Assembly (NCBI GenBank): GCA_004431415.1
Contig: QPMI01000063.1
Span: 124,001-188,000, forward strand
Origin: Cyanophora paradoxa CCMP329
Lineage: Eukaryota > Plantae > Glaucophyta
DNA length: 64,000 nucleotides
Direction of reading: 5' to 3'
Of the stretch, positions 25,128 to 36,436 are shown one piece after another (the first letter of the stretch is position 1; the number at the start of each line of letters is the position of its first letter). A model generated the notes under the pieces. The model was given only the letters and a program-made list of their open reading frames with translations. It made no database searches and was not told the DNA's origin. The translations under genes and the position numbers were made by a program.

Positions 25128-27165
25128 ATGGCGTCGGCGGCGGGCGCGGCCGCGGGTCTTCTGTCAATCCCAGCTGCATGGCTCGACTTCTCCAAGTGCG
25201 TTACGCGCCCTCCCCGCCCCGCCCCCACCAAGCGCGCGGCCGAGCGAGCGTGCGCCCGCGCGCAGGCTGTGGGCCTTCGACGTCTACATGTCCTCCAGCG
25301 CCTTCATCAGCACCACCGGTGCGCCGCGCTCGAGGAGGCCGCCCCCGGGACCTCCCCTTCCGCGGCGCCTGAGCCTCGACCCCGGGCAGTGATCCGGTCG
25401 CACCTGGACCATGTGCGGGCGGGGGCGAGCTTCGGGCTGGACGGCCTCGGCCCGCAGGCGGTCGCCGCCCTCTGGGTCGCCTGCGCCCTCCTCGCCGCCG
25501 TCACCGCCGCCTTCTTCCTCCTGTGCGCCCCCCGCCCCTCGCCGCCCCGCCCCGCCCCGCCTGCTCCGCCGAGCGGGCGCCGAGCGGCTGCGCAGGACGC
25601 TGACGCGGACGGACCTGGAGGCGCACCACGTGCTCTCGTTCTTCATCACCGGCGTCGCCGCCTTCTGCTACTTCGTGATGGCCCGCGGCTTCGGCGGCGT
25701 CGCCGTCTTCGACGAGGACGTCGCGGGGCGCGCCCTCGCCGCCGCCGCCGCCTCCGCCCCGGGGCCCCACTCCCCCTTCCGCATCCTCCTCTGGGTACGC
25801 TACGTCGATTGGAGCGTCAGTACCCCCCTCATGGTCCTCAACGTCTGCTACCTCGTCGGCGCCAGGTACCCCCACCCCCCGCCCCGCCCCGCCCCGCCCT
25901 GGCGTGCGCGGTACCCCCCTGAGGTCCCCCCCCTCCAGCGCGATCACGACGTCGCTGCTGGTCGTGATCGACGTGCTCATGATCCTCTGCGGCGCGCTCG
26001 GCGCCCTCTCGTTCGGACACGTGCGCCGTACCCCCCCGCCGCTCCTGTACCCCCCCCTGATGCGCCGCAGAGCAAGTTCTACTGGTTCGGCTCGGGGGCC
26101 GTCCTGGGCACGATCATCTTCCACCAGCAGGCGCGCGCGCCCCTTGTACCCCGGCGGCGCCCCCCGACTCCGGGGCGACCCGTACCCCCTTCCTCCCGCA
26201 GATGACTCGGCTGTTCAAGTTCGCGCGGGCGCGGGGCCCCTCCGTGGAGCGGCAGTACGCTGTCGTCCTCTCCGTCTGGGCCGCCCTCTGGATCGCGTAC
26301 CCCGTCGCCTGGATCATGTGCGAGGGTCCGCGTACCCCTCCCAGCGCTCCTACCCCCTTCGCCCACTATCCAACGCGCCGCCCCCCCCAGGTCTCCGCAT
26401 CGTCGGGACGGAGGGCGAGATCACGTGGTACGCCTGCATGGACGTCCTGTTCAAGGGGATACACGGGGTGCGCGGCGCTCCTTCCGCGCCCCCTTCGACA
26501 ACGCCGTACCCCCTTAAGCCCGCGGCCGGCAGGTGGTGATCCTGTACGGGGGCGGGCTGGTGGCCTCGGCGCGCGTGGCTCCCTCCGGCTCCTTCACGGG
26601 GCAGCCGGCGGGGCTCACGCCGGCCCCGAGCGGGGCCGGGCCCGGGGCCGGGGCGCGGGGGGGCGCGCAGCCGCCCACGAGCCGGAGCCTCGCGCCGGCC
26701 TCGTCGAACGCGACGGGCCTCCGCTCGCGAAAGGCGGCCTCCTCGCGCCGGGACAGCGGCGGCGCGCGCTGGGGCTCGGGCCCCGAGAGCGGCTCGGAGG
26801 ACGGCTCCGACTCGGGCGGCGAGCGCTGGGAGCGCCGCGAGAAGCCGCCGGCCCCCAAGCCGACGCTCCTCACCGTGCTGCGCGAGGAGCCGTCCCGCTC
26901 GCCGGCCGCCCGCCGCGCCACCAGCTCCGCCAGCCTGAGTCCCAGCCCCGAGCCCTTGCTCCTGCTCGACGCCCTCGCGGGGCCGAGCGGGGAGCGGCAC
27001 CCCTCCAGCGGCCGCGCCGAGCGGGAGCGGGAGCGCGGCGGCGGCGCGGGGCCGGGGCCGGCGAGCCCCTCCTTTGTCGCCGGCGGGCCCTTCGCGCGGT
27101 TCTTCGGGCCCCTGGAGGGCCCCGGCCCCGCGAGCTCGAGCTCGGGCCCCCCGCTCGGCACCTGA
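25128..27165 (+). CDS. Microbial (type-1) rhodopsin, 7 TM, 9 exons, with an N-terminal extension and a ~200-aa disordered C-terminal tail
   Basis: Exons ~25128-25195, 25266-25318, 25390-25522, 25596-25865, 25939-26020, 26071-26130, 26202-26325, 26391-26467, 26533-27165 splice in frame. Helix C WVRYVDWSVSTPLMVLNV; helix D IDVLMILCG; helix F LWIAYPVAWIMCEG; helix G EITWYACMDVLFKGIHG with DxxxK and the retinal-binding Lys. Confidence 0.95.
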
Positions 27166-28089
27166 GCCCCGGCCCGGACGCGGCGGCTCGCTGTGCTCGC
27201 TACGCCCACGGCTGCACCGCGGAGGCCCGAGGTTTTCGCTATCTATCGATTTAAACAATATGAACAATAACACCCGGCTTGGTCCTTCCAGCATCTAGCT
27301 ATAGATCTAATTTAGCGCCGAGCAAGGCGGAGGAAGTACCCCGCATGCGCAGACAGGGGCAGGCGCGCGGAGAGTCCAAGGGCCGATCTAGATCTCGAGG
27401 CCCGACGTCGACGACGGGTACGGGAACGCGGCGGAGGGGAATTCGAAGGAAGAGGCGAAGAGGGAGCCGATCGCGGGGATCCGGAGGGGACGGGCCGGGC
27501 CGGAGGTACGGTATGGGAAGGACCACGAGCCTCGGATCGGAGCGCTAGCACTGCCTAGCAGGCGATGGAGACCACGATCGCTGCCGGCACCGATCGCGAA
27601 GCTAACGCCGTGACGTCGACGAGGGGGCAGCGAAGGGTCGCGATCGACTGCACGTGGCGCCGGATCGGAACAGCCGCAGCTGCAGACGACACCGGGGCCC
27701 TGCGATGCAGCTGGGGCCTGCAGCTGGGGGGCGCAAGGAGAGACGAGCCTCGAGCTCGGAGCCCGATCGCGAGCTCCGAGGACGCAACTTGGCAATTAAG
27801 GGCCCGACGAGCTCGAGGGCACCGGCGCCCGGCCGAAAGTTGCCCGAAACTCAGCGGCTTGGGTTAAAAGAATTTGCTAGCTGAGCGGCTATACATCATG
27901 CCATGATGATGATGGCATAGGAAATTAACTTAGTAGTAGGTAAACCAGAAATGTCACTGTCTCAACGTGTGGCCACTGGCCATGCCACCGCCACGGCACC
28001 TGTTACAGTGTCACTGAGTCACTGTGTGCACGTGCACGGTGCACGTGCTCCACTGCTCGTACGCATGTCTAGATCTCTCGATTCTCGAG

Positions 28090-28593
28090 TAGGGCTGGGT
28101 CCAGTGAAACCAGTGGAGGGTCGAGGGTCCCACTGCACTGACTCAGTGGAGATTTTGGCTCACTCGCACAAAGAAAATTGTATGGGACCAGTGAGCCGGA
28201 CCTCAGCCAGCGCTGCGTGGGGGGGTATCCGGCGCCAAAAATTAGGACCCATCCGCCACCTAGCAATTTAGGTGGAACATCGTGGGGGTACTTAACGTCG
28301 GAGTGCCGCAGGCCGCGGCGCGAAGGGTGTACATGTGCACGTGCAGCGTCGAGAAGCACTGCATTTCTGACAATGCCTGCGTTGCAAATGACCTCTAAAC
28401 ATATCGAAAGCGCTAGCCCGTGGAAACAGTTCAGGCACGTGGTGCCTTGAAGCTCAGCGAGATTTAGGTCGTTTTTGGTCGTTTTTCGTGTAAAAGAACA
28501 CGTACCCCCCACTCACTGATAGTCACTGAGTGAGTTTGACGCAAAAAGCCCACTGACTGAGTGGACCCGTGGGCTCCACTGAACCCAGCCCTA
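28090..28593. mobile_element. hAT-type MITE (~500 bp)
   Basis: Termini TAGGGCTGGGTCCAGTG / CACTGAACCCAGCCCTA with subterminal CACTGA/TCAGTG repeats. Flanking TTCTCGAG occurs on both sides, but the right copy is offset by a 6-nt insertion. Confidence 0.75.
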
Positions 28594-29188
28594 CTAGTAT
28601 TCTCGAGTCACTGATCGAGTCTTGGGCCTCTTGGCGAGCCCCCCGGCCTCGATCGCGACTCGCGAGCATGCGCAGCAGCTGCAGAGTCGTCGGCGCGGAG
28701 TCGACGTCGAGCTCGGGCTCTATCGCGAGCTCGAGCTCTCAGGGCTCTAGCCTCTAGCTCTCTGCAGCTGCCACGTGCACGCGCATGCACGGCTTGGAGC
28801 CGTCATAACCAGCTAGGGGGGTTCAAGATTAACCAGAAAAAAAGCACGATCATGACGTACCCTACTGTACCCCTCCTACGACGTACCCCCCTATGACGTA
28901 CGGCCGCGTCCGGACTCCGGATCCGGAGTCTCCGGAGTCCGGACTATCTTCAAAAAAGGCTTGAACTTAGCAGCCTTGAAGCCTTGTGTGCACTGTGCAC
29001 GTGGGCCGGGCCGCGGCCCGCGGGCCGCGGGGCGGCGGGGGGCTCCGAGGCTCGCGCGCAGGCACTGCGGGAGTCTGCGGCCCTTAGTCAGTGACTAGCC
29101 CCTTATAATTAGTCTGCGGGCAGTCTGCGGCAGGCTGCCGGCAGCTCGGTTATAATTATCCCACGTACGCGCGCGTGCAGCTGCAGAT

Positions 29189-30953
29189 ATGGAGAACTCG
29201 AAGGAAGAGATGCGGGACGGACAGCGGGGCAAAGAGTCTCTGGTGCCGGCGCCGGCGCCAGCCGCGGCGGATCCGGATCGATCCCTGGAGCTGGACGAGA
29301 GCGCCACCAAGGCGTTGCAGGAGCTGGAGGAGGAGCAATGTGTGCGATATTGGAAGGGAAAGTCTGGTTGGCAGCGTTGTCTGCAGGTGCGCTTGCATTG
29401 AAGCCTTAAGCTTATTCACGGCTTTTGTTCGGAGGCCTAGGCCGGCTTATCCGCCCCCGCGCGCAGATCCCTCTCGTCGGCGTGTTCTTTCAGGTTCGCC
29501 ACGCATATGCATGGTGGGTCGACGCCCACGTCGCGCGAGCCAGACGCATTCGCAGGGATTCGACAAGCGAGTGGAACCCTGGGCGCGGGTTCCCTTTTTC
29601 AACATGTTCTTCGCAATGACCAATACGGCCTCGAACCGCGTGGGTCTCGATGAGGTCCGCAAGCAGGTCGAAGTGCGTGGATCCGTCCCTATATATAGCT
29701 AGGCCTCCGGCCTGGATCCGATGATCCCTTCGAATTCCGGATCCGGGATCCGACGCCTGCTTAAAAGCTTTCCCGGCCCGGCCCCCCGCAGGTTGTAGCG
29801 CTGATGGTGCATCTCCGAGACTCTGAGAGGCGATACTTCACTACCACTGCGCATGCGTGCTGATCGTGAGGGGCGCGCAGGCAGCACTCGCCATCAGCAG
29901 CACGATCTCCCTCTCCACTGCTGTTGATTTCAATGAGCTTCGCGAGGTGCGCTAGCGCTAGCGCCGTGGTGCTCGATGCTGCAGACGTACGCGTGCTCAT
30001 CGATATCGGTTCGGCAGGCCGACATCAGGCTCGCGACGGCGCCGTACGCGCTGCAGGGCGAGCTGGTGGCGCCCTCCACGGATCTCTCCAACTCCATCCT
30101 CATCTCCCTCTCTCTGAACACAATCGTTATCGTTTCGGGTGCCTGCCCTCTGAATCTTTTTTCTCGGGCTCTCTCATTCTTGCCTCAGCCACCTTGTTCT
30201 TCGTGCGCCTGGTCGAAATCGACCTGCAATTGCTAGAATTCGAAATCGATCTGGCGATGGATCGATATCTAACCATATAGATCTGACCGCCAGATGATGC
30301 TTTCTCAAGTTTCGATGGGTGGCAGCAACGATATTCCCAAGGCGCGCCCATGAATGCGCCTGCTTAAATTCCCAGCTTATTTTCTATCGCAGCCACTGTA
30401 CGTGTACTTCATCGGGCCTGCCGTGACAATCAATGCTTCATTCTTTCTCATCTCAGTCATTTTCACTTGCAGGTCCACTCTAAAGCTTGTCCCCCACCCC
30501 GCGCGTTTTCTGACCCATGATGCTCTGCAGAGCGCTAGCGAGGGTTCTGGCCATCAAGTTTCCGGACTATGCGATCGAGCAGCAAGGCACGAGCGACCTC
30601 ATTTTCAACTGGAGCTCCAATTCGGGCATCATCTGGGTGCGCCAGCTGCAGGCGCCCCTCGGAGGCCTAGGTTCGCTGCCTGCGCATGCCGATGCGTGTG
30701 GCTGGCCTCGCAGCTGGGTGGCGCGGTGATCATCCCCGTCACCCTCTTCGTCTTCTGGGCCCTCGTCTCCCAGGTGCGGGTCGCCGGCGCCCTCCCTTCA
30801 ATTTCCGCCCAGGGCGAGCTCGAGCTCACGGGCCGGATCATCCGATTGCAGTTCGTTTATCATAACATTAGCTATCGGACAGCGGGGGAACAGGCGGCCC
30901 TCAAGAAGCAATCCGCCCGCGTCGTCCCAGTCACTGATAGTCATGCTCTGTGA
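29189..30953 (+). CDS. Hypothetical ~4-TM membrane protein, ~12 short exons
   Basis: Exons join as MENSKEE..WQRCLQ / IPLVGVFFQ / GFDKRVEPWARVPFF..KQVE / VVALM / AALAISSTISLSTAVDFNELRE / ..SILISLSLNTIVIVS / ATLFFVRL.. / AYFLSQPLYVYFIGPAVTINASFFLISVIFTC / ..LGGAVIIPVTLFVFWALVSQ / FVYHNISY..HAL*, with GT/GC-AG borders. Confidence 0.7.
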
Positions 30954-31737
30954 GTGCGCACGTGCTGTTTAATTTACTATTATAATTAGGTATCCACCCT
31001 GCCCCCCCGGCCCGGCCCGCTCGTCTCAGGATGTGCAAGGTGGGGTTTGTTATTTCGAGGGAGAGGCAGGTTTGGGACCCCGGCCCAGATCTCGAGGGGG
31101 TGGCGATAGGCTGGGAGCGCTGGCAGGCTGGGATCCCGAGCGCTAGCGCTGGCAGGCTAGGCCGGGAGCGCTGGCAGCAGTCTCGGAGGACTGCAGCTGG
31201 CCCGGCCCGGCGCGCCGGCGCCGGCGCCGGCGGGGAAAAGGGGGGGGAGGGGGCCGGGGGAGGGGGGGAGGGGGGAGGGGGGGGGTTAATATGCATGTGT
31301 CAGTGCCAGAGTGTACATATGCATGTTCCGTGGGCGGCGCCTGGCGGCGAGCGGGGCGGGCGGGGCGGCGCAGTCGCGCACTTTCCTGAGGCCAGCTGGC
31401 CAGGTGAAGGTTAACGCCGAAACTTGAAACCGATCGCGATCGATCGCGCCTCCCAGGATTCGAATTCGAACCCGAGTCTCGCACGCGGCCGCGGGCCACG
31501 CGTACGCGCCGCGCGCGGCCCAGCCGCGGGCGGGCGGGCCGGGGCGGGACGGCGCAGGACCGGCGGCTTGAGCGCTTGACTCGCCCGCCGCGCTTTTATC
31601 TACGGATACATCGCTTCAACGCGTCAGACGAAGGTTATAATTACGCCAAATTCGAAACTGCAGCTGATCATGATCGCTCTGACGCCGGGACGGGTACATC
31701 AACCGCTTCGTTTGCGTCGGCGAGTGTCGGCGGAGCG

Positions 31738-34700
31738 ATGCTGGCGTTTCTGCTGCCGTCTCCGGTCCTCGGCCGGCTTGGCCGGCTCGGGCAGATCACG
31801 TCGCCCGCCAGCGGTCTCGCGCTTGGTCGCCGTTCAGCCAGTTCGGCCGTCGGCGCAGGACTCGGCACCCGCGGCTTCCTAACCGGCTCCGAAAAATCCC
31901 GGAGCTTCTTTGGGGCGTGCGTGCTCCCCGCGTACGTGCTGGGGCGTTCCGCCTCCGCCTCGTCGCGCTTCTTCGTGTCCGCCGCCCATGCCGAGGGTTC
32001 GCCTCCGACGCTTCCCTTGCCGCGCACGGCTGCTCTGATGTGTCTGCAGTGCCTAAGAACCCCGAAAAGGCCCGCATCGTCATCGTCGGTGCGTACGCGT
32101 CCCGGCGCCGGCCCGCGGCCGCCGGGCCGTATGCATATGCGTCGGGACGTCCCGCGCGGACCGCAGGCTCACGCCGGCCGCGCCTCGCAGGCGGTGTCGC
32201 CGGCGGCGCCACGGCGTCGGCGCGGGCGCGCCGGGTGAACGAGAAGGCCGGTCCGCCTCCGCCTGTGGCCGCGTGCTCGCGCGCCCGGGCCGGCCCCGCC
32301 CGACGCGCCCGGTCGCAGAGATCACCATCCTCGAGCGCGGTGGCTACGTCTCCTTCGCCAACTGCGGTGCGCGCCGCCGCCGCCGCCGCCCGCCTCGCCG
32401 GCCCCCTTCGACGCGCGCGGCCGCCGCGCGCGCAGGCCTCCCCTACTACCTCTCCGGGGACATCGCCTCGCGCGACAAGCTCCTGCTCCAGAACCCGCAG
32501 GTCCCGCCGCCCTCGACGCGCCCGGCTCGTTCCCGGGCCCGGCGCCTGAGCCGGCGGCCGCGCAGGGATTCAAGGACCGGTACAACGTGGACGTCAAGGT
32601 GCGGACGGAGGTCGTGCGGATCGACCGGGCGCGGAAGGTCGTCGTCGCCCGCAACGTCGACACGGGCGCCGAGTCCGAGCTCCCCTACGACCGCCTCGTC
32701 CTCTCCCAGGGCGCCGTGCGCCCCCGTACCCCCCCCCCGTACCCCCTTCTCCGCCGCCCCGTACCCCGCCCCGACCGGCGCCCCCCAGGCGCCCATCGTG
32801 CCCGACTTGCCGGGGGCCACGGCCGCGCACGTCTTCACCATCCGCGACCTGGGTACGCGATCGCCTCCGCCCCTGTACCCCCCTCCCTCCCGGAGCCTGA
32901 CGTACCCCCCAGACGACACGGACCGGATCCAGGCCTTCCTGAACAAGAACACGGCGAAGACGGCGGTCATCGTCGGCGGCGGCTTCATCGGTGCGGCCGC
33001 GCGATCCACCCATCCGAGCCACGCGATCCATCTGTCCGAGCCCGAACCCCCCAGGGGTGGAGATGGCGGAGGCGATGGTGGCGCGGGGACTGCGGACGAC
33101 GCTGCTGGAGCGGGGGGCGGGGATCATGCGCGGCGTCCTCGACGCCGAGTTCTCCGACCTCTGCACCCGCGTCCTCCAGAAGGTCCGCCCCGGCTTCGGC
33201 CGCGCCCTCGAGTCCACGCCGGGGCTCTGGAGCTAGGGCTCTTGCGCCCGCCCGCCCCCTCCTGACCATGGGGGGCCGGGCAGCACGGCGTGACGGTGCT
33301 CGCCAACTCGGGCATCGCCTCCGGTGCGCCCGCCCGCCGACTCATGATCAGGCGGCCCGCGGCGGCCTCCGACGAGGGCGCGCAGTGGACGAGGGGAAGA
33401 AGACGGTGGGGCTGGCGGACGGGCGCGAGCTCCCCGCCGACCTCGTCATCATGGCCGTCGGCGTCCGCCCCGAGGTCGCCCTCGCCAAGGTAGCCCCCCA
33501 AGCTCTCCCCCCCCTCTTCCTCGCCCTAACGGGATGGACGGAAAGGCCGCGGGGCTGGAGGTGGGCGCGACGGGCGGCGTGGCGGTGAACGAGCTGATGC
33601 AGACCTCGGACCCCGACATCTTCGCCGTCGGCGACATGGCCCGCCTGCTCGGCTCTGCCTTTCCGCCCTCTCTCATCCGGCCCGCAGGCCGAGGTCACGC
33701 ACCGCGTGACGGGCCGGAAGGTCCGCGTGCCCCTCGGCGGCCCTGCCAACCGCCAGGTCCGCCCCGCCGCCCGCCCCGCCGCCCGTGCCGGCTCCGCCAA
33801 CCCGCCCCGGCCCGCCCCCGCAGGGCCGCGTGGCCGGCAACAACGCGGCGGGCGGCCGCATGGCGTACCCCGGCACCCTCGGCTCCTGGGTCGTCAAGCG
33901 CGTACCCCCCGCACTCCGCCGTACCCCCCCCGCGACGGGGGCTCACGCGTACCCCCCCGCAGGCTGTTCGACCACACGGCGGGGGCGACGGGCCTGACGG
34001 AGGACACGGCGCGGGCCGCGGGGCTCAGCTTCGGCGCCGTCACCGTCCACCCCAACCACCAGTGCGGCCGTACCCCCTCCCCTCCCCCGCCCGCGCCCGC
34101 CCCCGGCCTCACTCCTCGACCGCCGCCGCGCAGCGCCGGCTACTACCCGGTACCCCTCCGACCTCCGACAGCGACACGCGCGCGCGCGCGCGGCCTGACG
34201 CCATCCCCGCAGGGCGCGGAGCCGCTGCAGCTGAAGCTGATCTTCGAGAAGGGGACGGGCCGCGTCCTCGGCTGCGAGGCCTTCGGCAAGGCGCGCCCCG
34301 CCCCGCCCCGCCCCGAAGCGACTCTGCTGAGGGGCGCCGGGCCCCAGGCCGGGGTGGACAAGCGGGTGGACGTGGTGGCGGCCGCCATCGCCGGCCGCAT
34401 CTCCCTCGAGGAGCTCGAGGAGTGCGCCGTACCCCGCCCCCCCCCCCCCCCCCTCCCCGCCCCCCCCCCCCCCCCCCCCCCCCCCCCCGCCCGCCGCTGA
34501 GGCGCCCCGCCAGCATCGACCTCTCGTACGCGCCGCCCTACAGCAGCGCCAACGACCCCGTCAACATGGGCGCGCGTCCTCCTCTCACTCGCCTGCTGCG
34601 GCTGAGCCGCTGAGCCGCGCGCCCGCGCAGCCGCCTTCGTGGCGAGCAACGCGAGCACGGGGTACAGCCCAGCGATCACGCCGGCCGAGCTGGTGCCCCT

Positions 34701-35116
34701 CCTCAACGACCCCGCCGGTACACCCCGCCCCCCCCCCTCTCGAGCCCCGCCTTGCCTCGCGCGGTCCTTAATTACGCCGCGTCAGTGGCGATCGTGGACG
34801 TGCGGGGCGCCGGGGAGTGGGAGGCGGGCCACCTCGCCGCCTCCAACGTGCGGAACGTGCCCCTGCCCGAGCTGCGCGCCCGCCTCGGCGAGATCCCGCG
34901 CGACCGCCGCGTCGTCGTCCACTGCCAAGTCGGTGTGGTCGTACCCCCCCGCCCCGCCCCGCCCGCTCCGCATGACCTGACGGGGCGGCAGGGATGCGGG
35001 GCCACATCGCGCTCCGCTGCCTCGTGCAGAACGGCTTCTCCGACGTGCGCAACGTCACGGGCGGCTTCAAGAGCATGGCCCAGCACGCCGCCCTCCCCGT
35101 CGCCAAGGGCAAGTGA
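31738..35116 (+). CDS. cdr: CoA-disulfide reductase-rhodanese fusion (CoADR-RHD / NADH-dependent persulfide reductase-like) with a putative plastid transit peptide
   Basis: IVIVG-GVAGGATASARARR (FAD-binding); YVSFANCGLPYY (redox Cys); VIVGGGFIG (NAD(P)H-binding); TSDPDIFAVGD; PLGGPANRQG; HAGYYPGA; GVDKRVDV; LSYAPPYSSANDPVN. C-terminal rhodanese VDVRGAGEWEAGH..VVVHCQVGMRGH..VRNVTGGF. N-terminus MLAFLLPSPV.. is Ser/Arg/Ala-rich. About 20 introns. Confidence 0.95.
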
Positions 35117-35385
35117 GGGGACCGGGCCGCGGGCCGGGGCCGGGGCCGGGCCGCCGCCCCGCCGGCTGCACCCCCTATTTTACTATGATTACATGTATAC
35201 GCACGCGTACCCAGCGCACTAGAGTGACCCAGTGCATGAAGCTTCCGAGTCTCGCACTGCGGCATATCTTACAACACTGTGAACGGGCGATGCCTTTTCA
35301 AGGCCTGCGCATCTGCTGCATCTGCAGCTGCGGCCGGCGTGCCGGGGGGGCCCGGGCTCCTCCGGCCCCTCTCGGCCCCCCGGGG

Positions 35386-36169
35386 TCACCTCCGGCCCCT
35401 CTCGGCCTCTCGGCTCGGGTCCCGGATCGTCTTCCGCAGCTCCTCCTGCGAGAGCTGCGGCCGCCTCGCAACCGGCCCCGGCGGCGCCGCCGGGGCGGGG
35501 GCGGGTGGCGCACGTCGGAGAAAAGGCCCTTCTTGGCCTCGCCGCCGGCCGGCTTCGAAGCCGGGCTCTTGAACCCGAACACGCTCATCGGGAGCCCCAG
35601 GCCTGCGCGCGCGCCGCACCAGAGGCCCGGCGGCCTTCAGAGACAGCTGCAGCGGCGGCGAGCGCGACGCCTGGCGGCGCACCGTATCCGAAACCAGCTG
35701 CGGGAGCGGAGAGAGCGCGTCAACTAGAGATGCTAGGCTGGGATACGATGCGGCCAAGGCCGGCCGCGGCCTGGCAAAGCTAGGCCTAGGTAGCTAAGGC
35801 TCGAGAAGCGTCGGCGCACCTCCGATGCCGCAGGCCCCGCCCACCGCGGCGCCAAAGTGCAAGCCCGGCATAGAGCCAAGGCCGATGCCGATCCCTGCGC
35901 CCCGCGGTGAGCCCGCGCCGCGCAGCTAAGGCGAGACGCCTGCGCCTGCGCTCCGCGCGCACCGCCCGAGAGGCCGACGCCGACGCCAACGCCGCAGCCG
36001 ATGCCAACTGCGACGCGGCGTCAGCGCGCGCGCCCGGCAAGCGCGCGCGCGAATGCGGATGCGGACCGCCGACGCCAGGCCCTAGCGGCTTCCCGTTCCA
36101 GCGCGCTCGAGGTATCCTGATCCCCACAAACGGCACGTAGACGTGCTCTGGCCCAATCTCGAGGCCCAT
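35386..36169 (-). CDS. Small Gly-rich (Gly-zipper) membrane protein, TGD5-like
   Basis: Spliced reading MGLEIGPEHVYVPFVGIRIP..GPGVG/VGIGCGVGVGVGLSG/GIGIGLGSMPGLHFGAAVGGACGIG/AGFGYG/LGLPMSVFGF..SD/LSQEELRK..GRR*. The GxGxGCGxGxG pattern matches plant TGD5-type glycine-rich proteins. Confidence 0.65.
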
Positions 36170-36436
36170 CGCCGCCGGCCCCGATGACAACTTTTTTTCG
36201 GAGCCGGGTACAACTTCTGAAAAGCGAGCGGTTTGAAGAGCGGCCCGGTCTGCGCCGACGATATTCCCTCGCACGCAGACGCGCCGCCGACTGAACCAAC
36301 CGCACAGACCGCTCCCGCAGCGCGGAGCCGACCAGTTGGCTCTCTCGGCAACGAGACGCGCGCGCCCTGCATGCGCGCCTCCGCGGCGGCGCCGAATGCG
36401 ATTTCGAGCTCGCGAAGTCTCGTGCCGCACGCGGCC

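Noticed and set aside
26533-27550. Possible enzyme-rhodopsin fusion (histidine kinase, cyclase, PDE) downstream of helix G
   Set aside because: The last exon is low-complexity and ends at TGA 27165, with no catalytic motifs downstream.
27279-27884. Short ORFs downstream of the rhodopsin
   Set aside because: No recognisable motifs or splice structure, and they lie in palindrome-rich intergenic DNA.
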